Below, in pieces: positions 43,711-57,606 of a DNA stretch of 61,188 nucleotides. This DNA comes from Zancudomyces culisetae HAW-14-8. Its lineage: Eukaryota; Fungi; Kickxellomycota. The position numbers were made by a program, and so were the translations under genes. The DNA is taken from NCBI GenBank assembly GCA_052426225.1, contig JBNJNM010000018.1, positions 1 to 61,188 of the forward strand. Reading direction: 5' to 3'. The notes beneath the pieces were generated by a model. The model saw only the letters and a list, made by a program, of their open reading frames with translations. It did not search any database and was not told the DNA's origin. Every line of letters starts with the position of its first letter. The first letter of the stretch is position 1.

Positions 43711-46700
43711 TTATAATTTATGATTTAGGAAATAAAAGAGGGGGGTATTATTTTTAGTAATTATAGAAGAAAATGTATTTTCTATTATACCTAATAAAGG
43801 AATTATAAATAAAAAATAAGAAAAATAAAATATAGAACTATATTGTCCTATAATAGTAAAAGGTAATTCTGCATGATTAGCACCAATCCAACCTAATATA
43901 AGGAAATTTACTACAAAAATATAAAAAAATAATTTAAAAAGTGGTTTAAATTGAGTACTTCTAACATTACTAATATCTACAAAAGGTAAAATTAAAAATA
44001 TTAAAATAGCAGCAACCATACCTATAACACCTAATAATTTATTAGGTATAGATCTTAAAATAGTATAAAAAGGTAATAAATAAAACTCTGGTACTATCGC
44101 AGTAGGAGTAACTAAAGGATTACCTGGTATATAATTATCAGGTTCAACTAATAAATTAGGAGTAAAGAAAACAAAATAAAAGAAAATTAGGAAAAAACTA
44201 AAGAAACCTACATAATCTTTATAAGAAAAATAAGGATGAAAAGGTATTTTATCAACATTACTACTTATACCTAAAGGATTATTAGCTATAAAAAAAATTT
44301 ATTTTTATTTCGACTGTACATTAAATATTAAAAATATATATATTTTAAACTGTAAGTTAATATCCATAAGTGACCCAGTCTGTAGCGATCATATTATATT
44401 ATTTACTTACTAATAATATATACAACCGACGGTCTTAAATATATATAAATTTTTTAACCGTTTTCACTTATATTGCCTGATATATAAAATATATCAAAAA
44501 TCCCTGTCAGAATTTTAAATATAATAAAAAAGATTTATTATATTACGACTATTTTTTATAAACCTAATTTATAATACATAGATTTATGAAAATAAGGTAA
44601 GACTATACTACGTAATAAAAAAATAGAATTAACTTTAATATATAATTGATGTTGTTTAGATTTAGTAAAACTATGAATGGAACAATTTAAATCCCATTTT
44701 TTTTTTAATGTTAATATTAATAAATTTATTTCATCTTTTGTAAAAGAATTTGTTGCTATTATAACATTATTATCTTTCCAATATCCTACATCCATAATCC
44801 AAATAGCTAATGCTAAAGGAGTTAAATATTCATTAATATTTAAGGGAATTCTTTTTTTTTTATTACTATAAAATAATTTATATAACCATAATAAATTAGA
44901 ATAACTATATGTATTAAATTTATAATATTCATATATTTTATTATTTAATATATTTTTATATATTTTAGGTAAATTATTATTAGTAAAACCTCTATCATTT
45001 AAAAATTTATATAACCAAAATAAATATTTTTTATGTATAATACTTTGTTTGAATATAAATCTTACCCCTCCATTTGCTAATCTTTCTCCATTACAATTTC
45101 CTAATAATGAACCTATTAATAAAGAGATAATATCTTCATTATGAGGACCTATTCTATTTTTAGCTTTAAAATTAGGTAATATAAAAGCTAAAATAGGGAT
45201 TTTAGAATTAAAATAACAAATAAATTTCATATAAAAAAAAGGTTTTTTAAAAAATTTTGGGCCTAAAAACCCATTTTGATGTAAACCTATTAAATGTAAT
45301 ATAACTAAAGCAGCTAAAACAAAAGGTAATAAATAATGTAAAGAAAAAAATCTATTAATAGTAGCATTACTTACACTATAATTACCCCATATAAAATTTA
45401 CTAAATCTGTACCTATCCATGGTATAGCAGAACATAAATTAGTAATAACAGTAGCCAAATTTTTAAAAGTCCATAGACTTTCTTGTACTTTTTTTAATCA
45501 AATTATATGATTATGTCTTTAGACGTAAAAATACCCTGAGGGTAGGGTACTCCCCTAATAAAAAAGGGGAAAGCCTTGAAAAAGAAGTTAAAACCTTCTT
45601 TAAAAATTCCGACTGTACATTAAGCATCATTTCAGACACCTATTACTGAACCAGTCTGTTGCGATTTTATATTAAACCGATAGTCTTGATATTTTATAAT
45701 ATCTTGACTTATTTTCAGTAATATAGCCCTATTATCATATTATTATTTTTTAATATAAATTACATAATAACAAAAAAGATTTAAATTAAATCTTTTTCCA
45801 ATAAGACTATGGTACAATTTATAATATAAATTTATATTTCATACTAGGATGTAACCAAGGACTAACTATTTTAAATAATTCAGAGATACATTTTTTATGA
45901 ATATATAAACAATATTGATCAATACTTCCTGTTTTATGAATAGATATAGTTAAGCAATATTTTTTTTTTAAAATATTTGCTAAAAATTCTACTTCTTTAT
46001 AAGTAAAAGAATTTGTTGAAATTTTTAATCCTTTACCACTTCTACAACCATCATCCATTATCCAAATAGTAAGAGCTAAAGGAGTTAAATATTGTTCAAT
46101 AATTTCAAAAGGTATTATTTTTTTATTATTTTTATAAAAATTATCTTGAAAATAATTAAAACTAGTATAAGTCCATGTTTTAAATCTTATAACATATCTA
46201 ATTGTATTTTTTTTACCTATTCTTGATTTTATTTCAGGTATTTTTTGATTACAATAACCTCTTAAAGATAATTCATTATGTAACCATAATAAATAACTAC
46301 TATTAGTATGTTCTTGTTGAAAACAAAATCTACTTCCTTTTCCATGACGTTCTAAATAAGAATCTCCTAATAAACTACCAATAAGTATAGATAATAGATC
46401 AATATTATGAGGACCTACCCTACGAATGGAAGGTATTATAAATTGTAGTGAATATATCATATATTCACCTGAAAACTTGTATAAATTTTCAGCCATTTGG
46501 GGCAAATTTTCACCCCATAACGACATTTGACCAAAAGGTAAAACATACAAATTTCCAATTTAAAAATAAATAAGTAATAAAATATTTTCTTATCATTTAT
46601 GATTAAAAATAACTTTTTATTCACTTATTTATGACCTTTTATTTTTAAACCCGATATTAATCAGCGATCATTTTTGGTATAATATATTTAAGTTATAATG

Positions 46701-48194
46701 ATCGGAAATTCCGACTGTACATTAAGCATCATTTCAGACACCCACCAGTGAACCAGTCTGTAGCGATATTATATACTACCGACGGTCTTAATATAAAGGA
46801 TAATATTTTTAACCGTTTTCACTAGCATTGCCTTGAATATAAAATATTCAATCAAACTTATTTAGTTTGACTATCTAACATTAATTACTTTACTATATAA
46901 TTTGTGTAATCTGATGATAGGACTATAAAATTTATATTATTTTTTATATTTTATATAAAATTTATTTCTAAAAATTTTTTTTTCTATTATAAATTTTTTA
47001 ACAGTTTTAGTACAACATTTATAATCTTTACAAAAATTTTTAATATTAGAATATTCTTTTAAGATATTATTATTGATATCTAATAATTCCAAAACCTTAC
47101 TTGATTTTATTTTATATTTATTTTTTAGTGTTTCAGTTCTATTTAAAGCTTTAAAAGACATTAAAGCTTTAATTTCATCAGATAATATTTTATTTTTATT
47201 TAATAAACCTATTCTATCTTTTCTTTCTTGTGAATAATTTTCTCTCATTTTTTTTATAGTTTCTATAGTATGTTTATAACCATAAAAAGAACCTACTATT
47301 GATAAAAAATTATATTCTGGTTTATATAAAGAAATATATTTAGTTTCTAAATTTAATAAATCTGTATAATTATCTATATCTATAGGATTATCATAAAATT
47401 CTAATATTAAATATGTTAAATTATTTATATTATATTTATCTACTGCTTTACTTAATAATTTATTACCTGTTTTATATATTAAATGTTATTTTAATCTTTT
47501 ATATAAATTGTTAGTAATACAACAACCAATATAATATTTATTATTTAAATTATTAAATATCATATAAATCCCTGATTTATTTTTTAAATCATGTTTTATT
47601 AAATTTAAATTTTCATAAATATTATGATATATTTTTACATAACTAATATTTAAAGAATTTAATTTATTATTAATATTTTTTTTGAGATATTGGGGATTTA
47701 TCATATTTATTATTATTATTATTCCCTAATAAAAAATTTTTAGAAATATTTATTTTATATTTATAATTTTTAATATTTTTTCATCTTAGGCAATATTTTT
47801 TACCTAAAAAACCTATTATTATCATTAAGAAGAATATTATAACACCTATAGTCCATAAAAATACTCTAGGTTTTCTATATGATCCATAATATATTCCTTT
47901 TGCTATATGAATATATACACATATAAAAAAAAATCCTGCACCATTAGCATGCATATATCTTATTATATAACCATTATTAACATCTCTCATAATATGTTCT
48001 ATACTTAAGAATGCTAAATCTATATTAGGTGTGTAATGCATTGCTAAAAAAACACCTGTTATAATTTGGATAATAAAACATATTCCTAATAATGAACCAA
48101 AATTCCATAAATATGATATATTACTTGGAGCTGGTGAATCTACTATATAATCGTTAAATAATGTTAATACTGGATTAGATTTTAATAATTTCAT
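43711..48194 (-). CDS. cob: Apocytochrome b; exons 48194-47802, 46547-46512, 45455-45269, 44285-43711 (396 aa)
   Basis: Joined exons give 1191 nt and restore [31 protein letters not shown] and PEFY; all three introns end in G. Confidence 0.95.
44286..45268 (-). mobile_element. cob group I intron 3 with LAGLIDADG type-2 ORF (to 44556)
   Basis: [23 protein letters not shown]; ID-like core. Confidence 0.9.
45456..46511 (-). mobile_element. cob group I intron 2 with LAGLIDADG type-2 ORF (to 45819)
   Basis: [22 protein letters not shown]; ID-like core. Confidence 0.9.
46548..47801 (-). mobile_element. cob group I intron 1 (site 393) with interrupted GIY-YIG ORF (47704-46937)
   Basis: SGIYMI..YYIG; premature TAA at 47486-47488 with the same frame continuing; ID-like core. 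Confidence 0.88.
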
Positions 48195-49114
48195 TTTATA
48201 ATTTATTTATTTATTTTGTATTGAAAATTTATTAAGTATTGATTTTAAACAATCACTATTCCAATATATATCGTTGCTTAAGCTTTTTATGTTTAAGAAT
48301 ATTTACCTTCTTTTTTTATTATTATAAAGATTTATAAAAAAAATAATTTTATAAGTATGTTTATTATAAAAAATTTTTAAAGTATATAAACGAGTAATAT
48401 TTATTATAATAGTTTATAATAAATATATTATAGTATATTATTTATAGGTTAACTTATATTTTTATTATAGAAAAATAATAAAAGTAGTATTAAATAAATA
48501 AAATATTTTAATACAATTTACTTATATGTATAATTACTAATAATTTTAGAGGTTAATAAATTTAAAATATCTTTAGATATTAGTTATTTATAACTAGAAC
48601 ATTATAATATAATTTATAAGTATCATATATTTACCTTTTAATTTATATTATATTTAATTTATGTATTAAATTAACTTTTTATTAAAAATTTTACTATGTA
48701 TTTTTTATTATCTAATTTACATAATTTATTTAATAGTCATTATTAATAAATAAAAATTGATTATATTATCTTTTTTTTACCTTAATATTTATTAAATATA
48801 CAAATTATATATTTAAAATATTCTAGTTATAAATTACTTATCTTTTATATTTATAGATATTAATTTAAAATATTTAATTTGTTTTAAATATTAGGTTAAT
48901 ATAATTCATTAATATATAAAAAATATTAAATATAATAAAAATATTATAAGAAAAATATATCTCTTATACATTAAGAAATCTTTTATATAAAATATTATTT
49001 TATTATTATATAAATCTAAATTATATAAAAATAGTTTATAAAAATATATATGTTTTTATAAAAGGGTGGTAAAGGTGGTGAAAAAAGAGATGAGAATAAT
49101 ATATTCATATTAAT

Positions 49115-49810
49115 ATGGGTAAAAGACATAGTACTAGTTTAAAATTAAGACATATAGGAAATTGGAATAATATATCATATAATAATAATAATATTAATAA
49201 AGAAAAAATAATTAAATTTATTTTAAATTCATATTTTATAGAAAAAGCTATTATTAGTGAACCTATATTTATATATAAATTAAATGAAATAAAAATTATA
49301 ATATATTATTGGTCATCATTTAATTTACTATTAGATAAAGATATTAATAAAATTTTATTATATATTAATAATATATTAAATATAAAAGTTAATATTAATA
49401 TTATTAAATTAAAAAAACCTTATTTATCAAGTAAAATACTATCAGAATATATAAGTATAAATATAAAAAAATATAATATTAAAAAAATAGCTAAAAAAAT
49501 AATAAAACAAATTAAAATAGAAAAAAAACTATTGAATCCTTTAATTAATTTTAATTATAATAATATAAAATATTATTATATTAATAAAAAATTATATAGT
49601 AGTATTTCTGGTATTAAATTAGTTTTTAAAGGACGTTTAAGTAAAAGAAGAACTGCAGAAAGAAAAAAAATATTAACTTTTAATAAAGGATTTCTTAATA
49701 AAAATAGTTTATTTACTTTAATTGATTATAAATCACCTTATAATTTTAAATTTATTAATGGTTCTATAGGTATAAAAACTATTTTAAATAATACTATACA
49801 TTTTATTTAA
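49115..49810 (+). CDS. rps3: Ribosomal protein S3
   Basis: LKKPYLSSKILSEYI, SGIKLVFKGRL, NGSIGIKTIL. Confidence 0.92.
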   Translation: MGKRHSTSLKLRHIGNWNNISYNNNNINKEKIIKFILNSYFIEKAIISEPIFIYKLNEIKIIIYYWSSFNLLLDKDINKILLYINNILNIKVNINIIKLKKPYLSSKILSEYISINIKKYNIKKIAKKIIKQIKIEKKLLNPLINFNYNNIKYYYINKKLYSSISGIKLVFKGRLSKRRTAERKKILTFNKGFLNKNSLFTLIDYKSPYNFKFINGSIGIKTILNNTIHFI

Positions 49811-50559
49811 TACCCCCCTTAAATTATTTTATATAATATTATTAATATTTTAGAAAAATTTTTTATTATATTTTAATATAAATATCTATAGATATTTAGT
49901 TTATAAAAAATATCATATGATATTCGGTATTAATTTTTTATCATTATACTTAATATTTTAAATTTTTTTATCATATATTTACTTTATATTACCTATATAT
50001 TATAATTTATTTATATTTATAATACTAAAATATTATTTAAATCTTACTTAAATTAATTAAATGTTATAATTTATAAATATTTCTAATACTAAAATATTAT
50101 TTTACCTTACTTAAATTAATTATTTCTTAATATTATTTAACTAAATAATACTTTATTATTCCTGAATAATATTTATTATATAAAAATATAGCTAAATATT
50201 ACTTAATATTACTTATTAATAATTATTATATTTATAATTTTTTTATAACTATTAGTAAAAATATTTAATAAAATTCCTAATAATATAAATAAAACCTAAA
50301 TTAAACTTAATATAATTTTATATAAAATATTATAGATATAACATTATTTTTTAATTCTTAAATATTTATAATACTAAAATATTATTTTAAGTTTATTAAA
50401 AATTGGATAAATATAAATAAATTTATAATAAATAAATAATAATTAAAATATTAAATAAGAAACATTATTATAAATAAATAATTTTATAATAATATTATAT
50501 TATATACTTAAAGGTTATTATAATAGTTATATGTATTACAAAATAGATAAATACATAAA

Positions 50560-51835
50560 TAATGAATTGTCCTCTATTAAATTATATATTATTAACAACT
50601 ATCAATTAACTTTATGGTGTAAAGATAATATGTAACTTAGGGAACTATCAAAGTATCTTATAGAATCATTTATAATGAACGAGGATTTAATATTATGGAT
50701 AAATATTACATTAATAAGATAGATAATGATTATTATATAGATATATTTTCAGATAACAAAGATTTTTATTATCTATATAATAGTTATGTGGATATTTATA
50801 GAAAGTATTATATAGATAATGACTATGTTACATATTTTATATGGTATCCCTAAATAGCTAAAGAAGAAACGTATAAAAAATTATACTTTAGGTATCCAAT
50901 ATTTAAATATTTAATTGGGAGAGCGTGTAGTATTGGAAGATATAATAAATTGTATAATGAATTAGATTTATTACCAGAAATAAATAAACTCGCTGAATCA
51001 TTTGAACATAATCAACATATATATTAAAATAATTAATGAAAAAATTAAATATAAGTGTATGAATGATTATAGTCTCATTATATGTAATACTAATATAAAT
51101 GATACTTGTACCATTAGTATTATAAACTCTGATGATTATAAAGATATTACATATTTAAATATAAATAATATACACGATGGTTATCTTAAGAAATCTATAT
51201 CACGCCCCTACTCCTCGTAATACTCACTATTTGGGTCTAAAAAGCAATTCTATTTCATATTTTTTAAAACCATTCAATTTACTAATCATTATTGATTTAA
51301 ATTTATATAAGGGATTGTATAATATATTGAGTATTTCTCTTTTATAGATTCTGAATCCTCACGACAATTTATCATTGTCTATTTCTATTATATTTATTGA
51401 TGAATCTATATATACCTTTAAAACTTTCATTATTTTCAATTCATTGAGTAGTCTTATTATTGTGTAGACTTCTTTTTTATTAAAGTTATAATTTAATTTG
51501 TTATTCAAATAACTTGCTAAGTATAATTCTAATTGTTTATTTTTTAATATCTCTGTATAAGATACACTAAAAGTTTTTTCTATATCATAATTTCCTATAT
51601 TATCTCTTAATTCACTCATTCTTTTTATCCTTAAAGGATAATTTTTCAGTCCTTCTTCTTCTTTTAATATTTACTCATATTCCTTTAGCATCTCATTACA
51701 AAATAGTAATTTTGCTCTTATATTACAACTATAGAATCCAACAGATTCCTCTATATTAAATATAAATTTTATATATTCTTCGTTATCACTTAATTTTATT
51801 TTATTATCTCTTAAAGAATTCTCTCCTAATATTTT
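50560..51835. other. Foreign-looking island of decayed convergent ORFs
   Basis: Lacks the genome's spacer repeats, slightly richer in G+C, ORF pieces 51002-51220(+) and 51359-51619(-). Confidence 0.4.
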
Positions 51836-51982
51836 TTTATTCTATTTAAAAGGGGTATTTAAGATTTAAATAGGTCTCCCCCCAAAAATATAAATAATTT
51901 ATTTATAATTTTTGATAATTAATACACTATAAAACAAAACATGCATATATAAAATATTTATTTATATAATTTTAAGAAATAA

Positions 51983-52795
51983 TTATTTTTTATCAATATT
52001 TTTAATTTCTGACAATATTTTTGAATTTTTAATTTCTGATAATATATTCGAATTATTTATAATTATTTTATTTTTTACCTCTGCTGATAGTGGACTATTT
52101 AAAATTTGATCATTTAAATTATGAATTTCTCTAGATAGTTGTTCAATATTATCCATTTTATGATAACCTAAATTAGTAAAAATTTTATCCATATTTTGAC
52201 CTACTAATGGCATAAAAAATGGTGATCTACCTGAACTTTTAATTATTTCATCAGCAAACATAAGTGTTCCACCTATAGATCCTATACCTATACCTACACC
52301 ACATATACCTTTAAAACATAATATTGTTTGAGATATAAATGTAGCAGCTTTATTTAAAGGTGAATTTCTAACTTCTGTTTCATTGGTAAAAAATAAAATA
52401 TATATAATATAAATAAAACGAATGATGTTAATAATCATTATAAGTAATAATTGAATTAAACCTAAAATTATAAAAACCATAAATAAATATTTATTCATTT
52501 ATAATTTTAATAATGTAATAAGTACTGATATGCCCCCTATTACTCTAAATATTCTTATTAATGATTTTTGTAAAAAATTATCAATTTTTTTAGGTAAGGT
52601 TGGTATGCTTAAACCTTTTTTTATTCCTTAAATTATATTTCTAAATACTTTATTTTTAGAAATGTTATTATTTGTCTTTGTACTATATTTACTAATGATA
52701 ATAATGTACCTAATAATCCTGAAATTATTTGCAAAAATGAAATATAATGTACCTATATCTTTAGCATTCGTTGATAATAGCTAACGATTTATCAT
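51983..52795 (-). pseudogene. Chimeric cox1-N-terminus / orphan membrane protein gene with stops and a frameshift (intact 171-aa C-terminal piece 51983-52498)
   Basis: [17 protein letters not shown] runs in frame into GIKKGLSIPTLP..IRIFRVIGGIS, then EVRNSPL..CFKGIC..GRSPFFMP. Confidence 0.75.
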
Positions 52796-52852
52796 AATAA
52801 AGACGATAAATTTAAACCTTATTTATGAAAACCTATTTTCTTTTTTTTACTC
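52690..52852 (-). repeat. cox1: Diverged inverted copy of the cox1 leader and first 35 or so codons (about 14853-15014)
   Basis: gagtaaaaaaaagaaaataggttttcataaataaggtttaaatttatc...atgataaatcgt(tag)ctattatcaacgaatgctaaagat. Confidence 0.92.
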
Positions 52853-52895
52853 TTTATAATAAAATTTAGATTTTAAAAATAATAAAAATATTAAA

Positions 52896-52967
52896 CAGGG
52901 TCAATAGGATTTGAACCTATAAAATTCATTTTGGAGACGAATATTTTACCAATTAAATTATAACCCT
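52896..52967 (-). tRNA. trnW: tRNA-Trp(CCA)
   Basis: TTCGT CTCCAAA ATGAA arm; consistent with TGG-only Trp in host genes. Confidence 0.92.
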
Positions 52968-53623
52968 TAACTATGATAATTTTAATAAGATTTTAAAAAT
53001 AATAAAAAAAAAAGAAAATATTATTATCAAATATCTATAAATATTTTAACTAAACATCTTATAGATATTTTATCATTAGATATTTATCTAAAGATAAGTA
53101 ATTTATAACTATAAATTTATTAATATTAATACCTATTACTAGTTATTTATATATAATAATATTTTTATATTAATATAATATATATCATAATATTAATATC
53201 TTAATATTAGTTATACCAATCTTTATTCTAATAATTTACAAGTAATTTCAAGTTATTTATCATAATATTAATACCTAATATCTTAAAATAAGTAATTTAT
53301 AAGTAGTCAAAAAATATAAAAATATCAATATAATTTATAACTTGAAAATATTGATAAAAAATTATATGAAAAATATGTTTATTATAAAAATTTAGAAGAA
53401 TGGAATAAAAATAAAAATCTTTATAAATAGTTTAAATATAAAAAATATCTTCTTTAATTAATTTATAATAACTTATTATATAAATCTTATTTTTATTATA
53501 ATCAAATAAAATTTTAAATATATATAAATATATACTAAATATATAATAGGGTAGGTGGTAGGGTTAAAAAAAGTATATTATTTATAATATATAAGTAATA
53601 AAATAAAATAATTTAAAATTAAT

Positions 53624-54370
53624 ATGTTATATAATCCTTTAGAACAATTTACAGTTAATAAAATAATATCATTATATACAGTATATTATTCTATGTCTTT
53701 AACTAATTCATCTTTATATTTTATTATAGCTGCTATAATATCATTTTTTATATTTAAATATAGTGCAAATATACCTTATGTTTCATTAATAAATAAAAAT
53801 AATTATTCAATATTAACAGAATCTTTATATAAAACAATATTAAAAATGGTTAAAGAACAAATAGGTGATAAATATACAATATATATGCCTTTAATATTTT
53901 CATTATTTATAATAATATTAGTATCTAATTTAGTAGGTTTAATACCATATGGTTTTTCACCTACAGCTTTATTTGCATTACCTTTAGGTTTATCTGTAAC
54001 TATTATTATAAGTGTTACTGTTATAGGTTTTGTTAAATATCATTTAAAATATTTTAGTGTATTATTACCATCTGGTACACCATTAGGTTTAGTACCATTA
54101 TTATTAGTAGTAGAATTATTATCATATATAGCAAGAGCTTTTAGTTTAGGTATACGGTTAGCTGCAAATATTACATCAGGACATATTTTATTAAATATAA
54201 TATCTGGTTTTTTATTTAAAACTAGTGGTATTGCATTACTTTTTGTTATTATACCTTTCACTTTATTTATAGCTTTAACAGGTTTAGAATTAATAGTTGC
54301 TATATTACAAGCTTATGTTTGGAGTATTTTAACTTGTATTTATATTAAAGATTCTTTAATTTTACACTAA
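53624..54370 (+). CDS. atp6: ATP synthase subunit 6
   Basis: NPLEQF, SYIARAFSLGIRLAANI, LQAYV. Confidence 0.97.
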   Translation: MLYNPLEQFTVNKIISLYTVYYSMSLTNSSLYFIIAAIISFFIFKYSANIPYVSLINKNNYSILTESLYKTILKMVKEQIGDKYTIYMPLIFSLFIIILVSNLVGLIPYGFSPTALFALPLGLSVTIIISVTVIGFVKYHLKYFSVLLPSGTPLGLVPLLLVVELLSYIARAFSLGIRLAANITSGHILLNIISGFLFKTSGIALLFVIIPFTLFIALTGLELIVAILQAYVWSILTCIYIKDSLILH

Positions 54371-54965
54371 TACCCCTTAAAATATATTTTTTTATTATGA
54401 ATATTAAATATTTTAAGATAAATATTTTAACTAATAACCAAATATCTTAAATATCTTTGATATTAAGAAATATTTTTAAAAATATTTTTATTTCTTATCT
54501 ATTAAATATCTAAATCTATTTATTATAAATATTTAAATAAAACTTAAAAAATGAAAATTTTCACTTCAAAAATTATTATTTTTTATAATATTTAATAAAA
54601 TAATTAATTAAATATAATACATATTTTTTATTTTAAACTTTTAAAAATATCTTTAATATTTAGGATAAATATTTTTTTATATTAGAACTTATATAAGAAT
54701 AGTAATTGATATATATTAATATTAACAAATTTCTATAAATATAAAATGCTAGTATAATTTCTATTGTATATAATATTATTTTCTATTTATAATATTTTAA
54801 AAATTTATTTTTAGATATAAAAATTATTATAATTATAATTGGTATAAACTATTTACTACTATAATATTTGTTATTAATATATACTAATTTCTAGATATAA
54901 ATAGAAATACTGATATTTAGATAGATACTTTTCTAAATATTATTTTATTATTATTTTATAAATTA

Positions 54966-55070
54966 GTCTATAAGCGAGCGTAGTGAGCTATATTTATTAT
55001 TTATTTTAAGTTTAACCTTTATTATTATATTGTATTCTTTGTCTATAAGCGAGCGTAGTGAACTATATTT
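54966..55070 (+). repeat. 30-bp GC-rich direct repeat pair (54966-54995, 55041-55070)
   Basis: gtctataagcgagcgtagtga(g/a)ctatattt, one mismatch. Confidence 0.9.
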
Positions 55071-55609
55071 TACTTATTATACTCCCTCCCCTATAACAGG
55101 GTCATTATTTAAGAATTATATTAAGTTATATTTTCATACCTATATTCCCCTGTATACCTTTATTTGAGTTGATTAGGAATTAATTCAATATTTTTAAGGT
55201 TTATCTTATGATTAGTCTTCCTTTGGTTTTATCGTATTTCTTTAACGTTCGGATCATAGATCCTCACTTAGAAATACTTACTGATATTGATTGATATACT
55301 AATAGATATGAATACTTTTCTAAATATTATTTTATATATTTAGTCTTTAACCATTTTTATGTAATATACCTTTATTGGTGATTTATTAGTGTTATAGCAA
55401 GTGAACCAAGTGAGGGAGCATTATATTATTTTATAATATATATTAGTTCGCCTACGACAGGATTATAATTTATTTTTTATTTATATTATGAATAAATCAT
55501 TAAAACTTTTAATATTAATATATTCTTCAATTATTATTTTATAAATCACATTAATTATATATTCATGTCTGAATAATATTTAAAAATTAAAAAAAAAAAT
55601 ATCAAAAAA

Positions 55610-55831
55610 ATGTTAGCAAGCGCAAAATTAATAGCTGCTGGTTTAGCTGTTTTATCTTTAGCTGGTACATCTATAGGAATAGGTAATGTATTTAGTTCAT
55701 TATTAAATTCATATAGTAGAAATCCTTCATTAAGAGGTCAATTATTTACTTATAGTATTTTAGGTTTTGCTTTAGTAGAAGCAATGGGTTTATTTGCATT
55801 AATGATGAGTTTCTTATTCTTATATGGATAA
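55610..55831 (+). CDS. atp9: ATP synthase subunit 9
   Basis: [25 protein letters not shown]. Confidence 0.97.
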   Translation: MLASAKLIAAGLAVLSLAGTSIGIGNVFSSLLNSYSRNPSLRGQLFTYSILGFALVEAMGLFALMMSFLFLYG

Positions 55832-57606
55832 TACCCCTTTTATATATATATATAATATAACTTATAAAATTTAAAAATTTTCTAAATATCAATAGATATT
55901 TGGTAATTAGTATATATTATTTCTATAAATTACTAATATAAAAAAATATTTATCTTAAGATATTAGGTATAAATATATAATATTATTATTGTTAAATTGT
56001 AATTTATGTAATAACTAGATTTTTTTATATTATTATTATAAATATGACCTAAATAATAAAAATTTGTTTATATAGGTAAAAAATTTTATTAAGTCTTTTT
56101 AACTAATAATAGCACACCTTATAGAGATATTTTTATTATAATTTATTATTAGGTTTAAAATACAAATAATAATAGCACACCTTATAGAGATAAATTAATA
56201 CATATTAAAATTCTTCATAATAAAATATTCTTATTTTACCTATTTTTTTATTAAGTCTTTTATACTTGTTATTATTATACACCTTATAAAAATATTTTTT
56301 ATTAAATAAAATATTTAGGTATTTTATACTAATTATCTAATAAAATATCTTTGATAAATATTTTAAAATATTAGTCTATAGATAAGTAATTTATAACTAG
56401 GATAAATATTTTTTTATATTAATAATTTATAATAATATACCTTATAGAGTTAAATATATTCCTTTATTTTTTTAGGTATTTTATATTAACAAAAAATCAT
56501 TTTAAAAGGTAAATATGTATAGTTTAAATAAATTATAGTAAAAATTATTAAAATAAAATATCTTTAGTATAAATATTTTTTATATTAGAATATATCCTAA
56601 ATATTACCTAAATAATATTTACTTGTTTATATTGAAGAAATTTATTTGATAATAAGTATTAGTCTAAATAAACTCTAAAAATTATTATAAAAAAATCGGA
56701 GGATACCATTAATCATAATACAGATGTTATAAAATAATATTTTTCAGTATATACTACAAGGATTTTTTTTATTATCACTTTCTTATTAGCTTAAATGTTA
56801 TAAAATTTGTAATTTAATTATTCAGTACATACAACATAGAAAAATTAATTAATATTAAACAGAAAAAAAAATAGGAAAATGGGTTGTAATTGATGAAAAA
56901 AAATATAATTTAATTTAGGCTGTATATATAAACAGTTATGATAAATTAAGGTATAAAATTTTAGTAAGATGGTTTTGTAGGTAAAATTTTATTAAGTCTA
57001 AAATACAAATAATAATAGCATATAGAAATAAATATATTACCTTATTTTTTAAGATATTTTATATTTGTTAAAAATGATTTTTAAAGGTTTATATAGTTTA
57101 AATAAATTATATAATGATTAATTTAATAAATATTTGTTATTATAACATATTATTATTTTTATAAAATAAGTCATTATATATAAGCACATTATAGTTTTTA
57201 TTAAATATTTTAATCTAATATGTTATAAATTATATAATGATTATTAAAATAAATAATCAATTTTAACTAGAATAATTATTCTAGTTATACTAATATCTAA
57301 AAATATTTATAATATAAAATATCTAGATATTTGGAATATTTAAATATAGTATATTTAATAATATAAATTTTTTATTAAATATAAAATAATATAAATAACC
57401 AAAGATATATAAATTTAAGCCATTTTATAAACCAAAAACTAATTTAAATCAAAAAAAATAAATTTATTTTTTTTTTAAATCTTTTTAAAATTTATATAGT
57501 TTGGAAAAATATTATAAATAACAAACTATATAAAAATGGACTTTTTTTAATACAATATATTAAAGGAAAAAACTATAAAAGTTAATATAAAAAAATATAT
57601 ATTATA

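Noticed and set aside
48295-48315. Similarity between the cob leader (aaagaaggtaaatattct) and the rns leader (aaagaagaaatatattct)
   Set aside because: Too short and AT-rich to distinguish from chance
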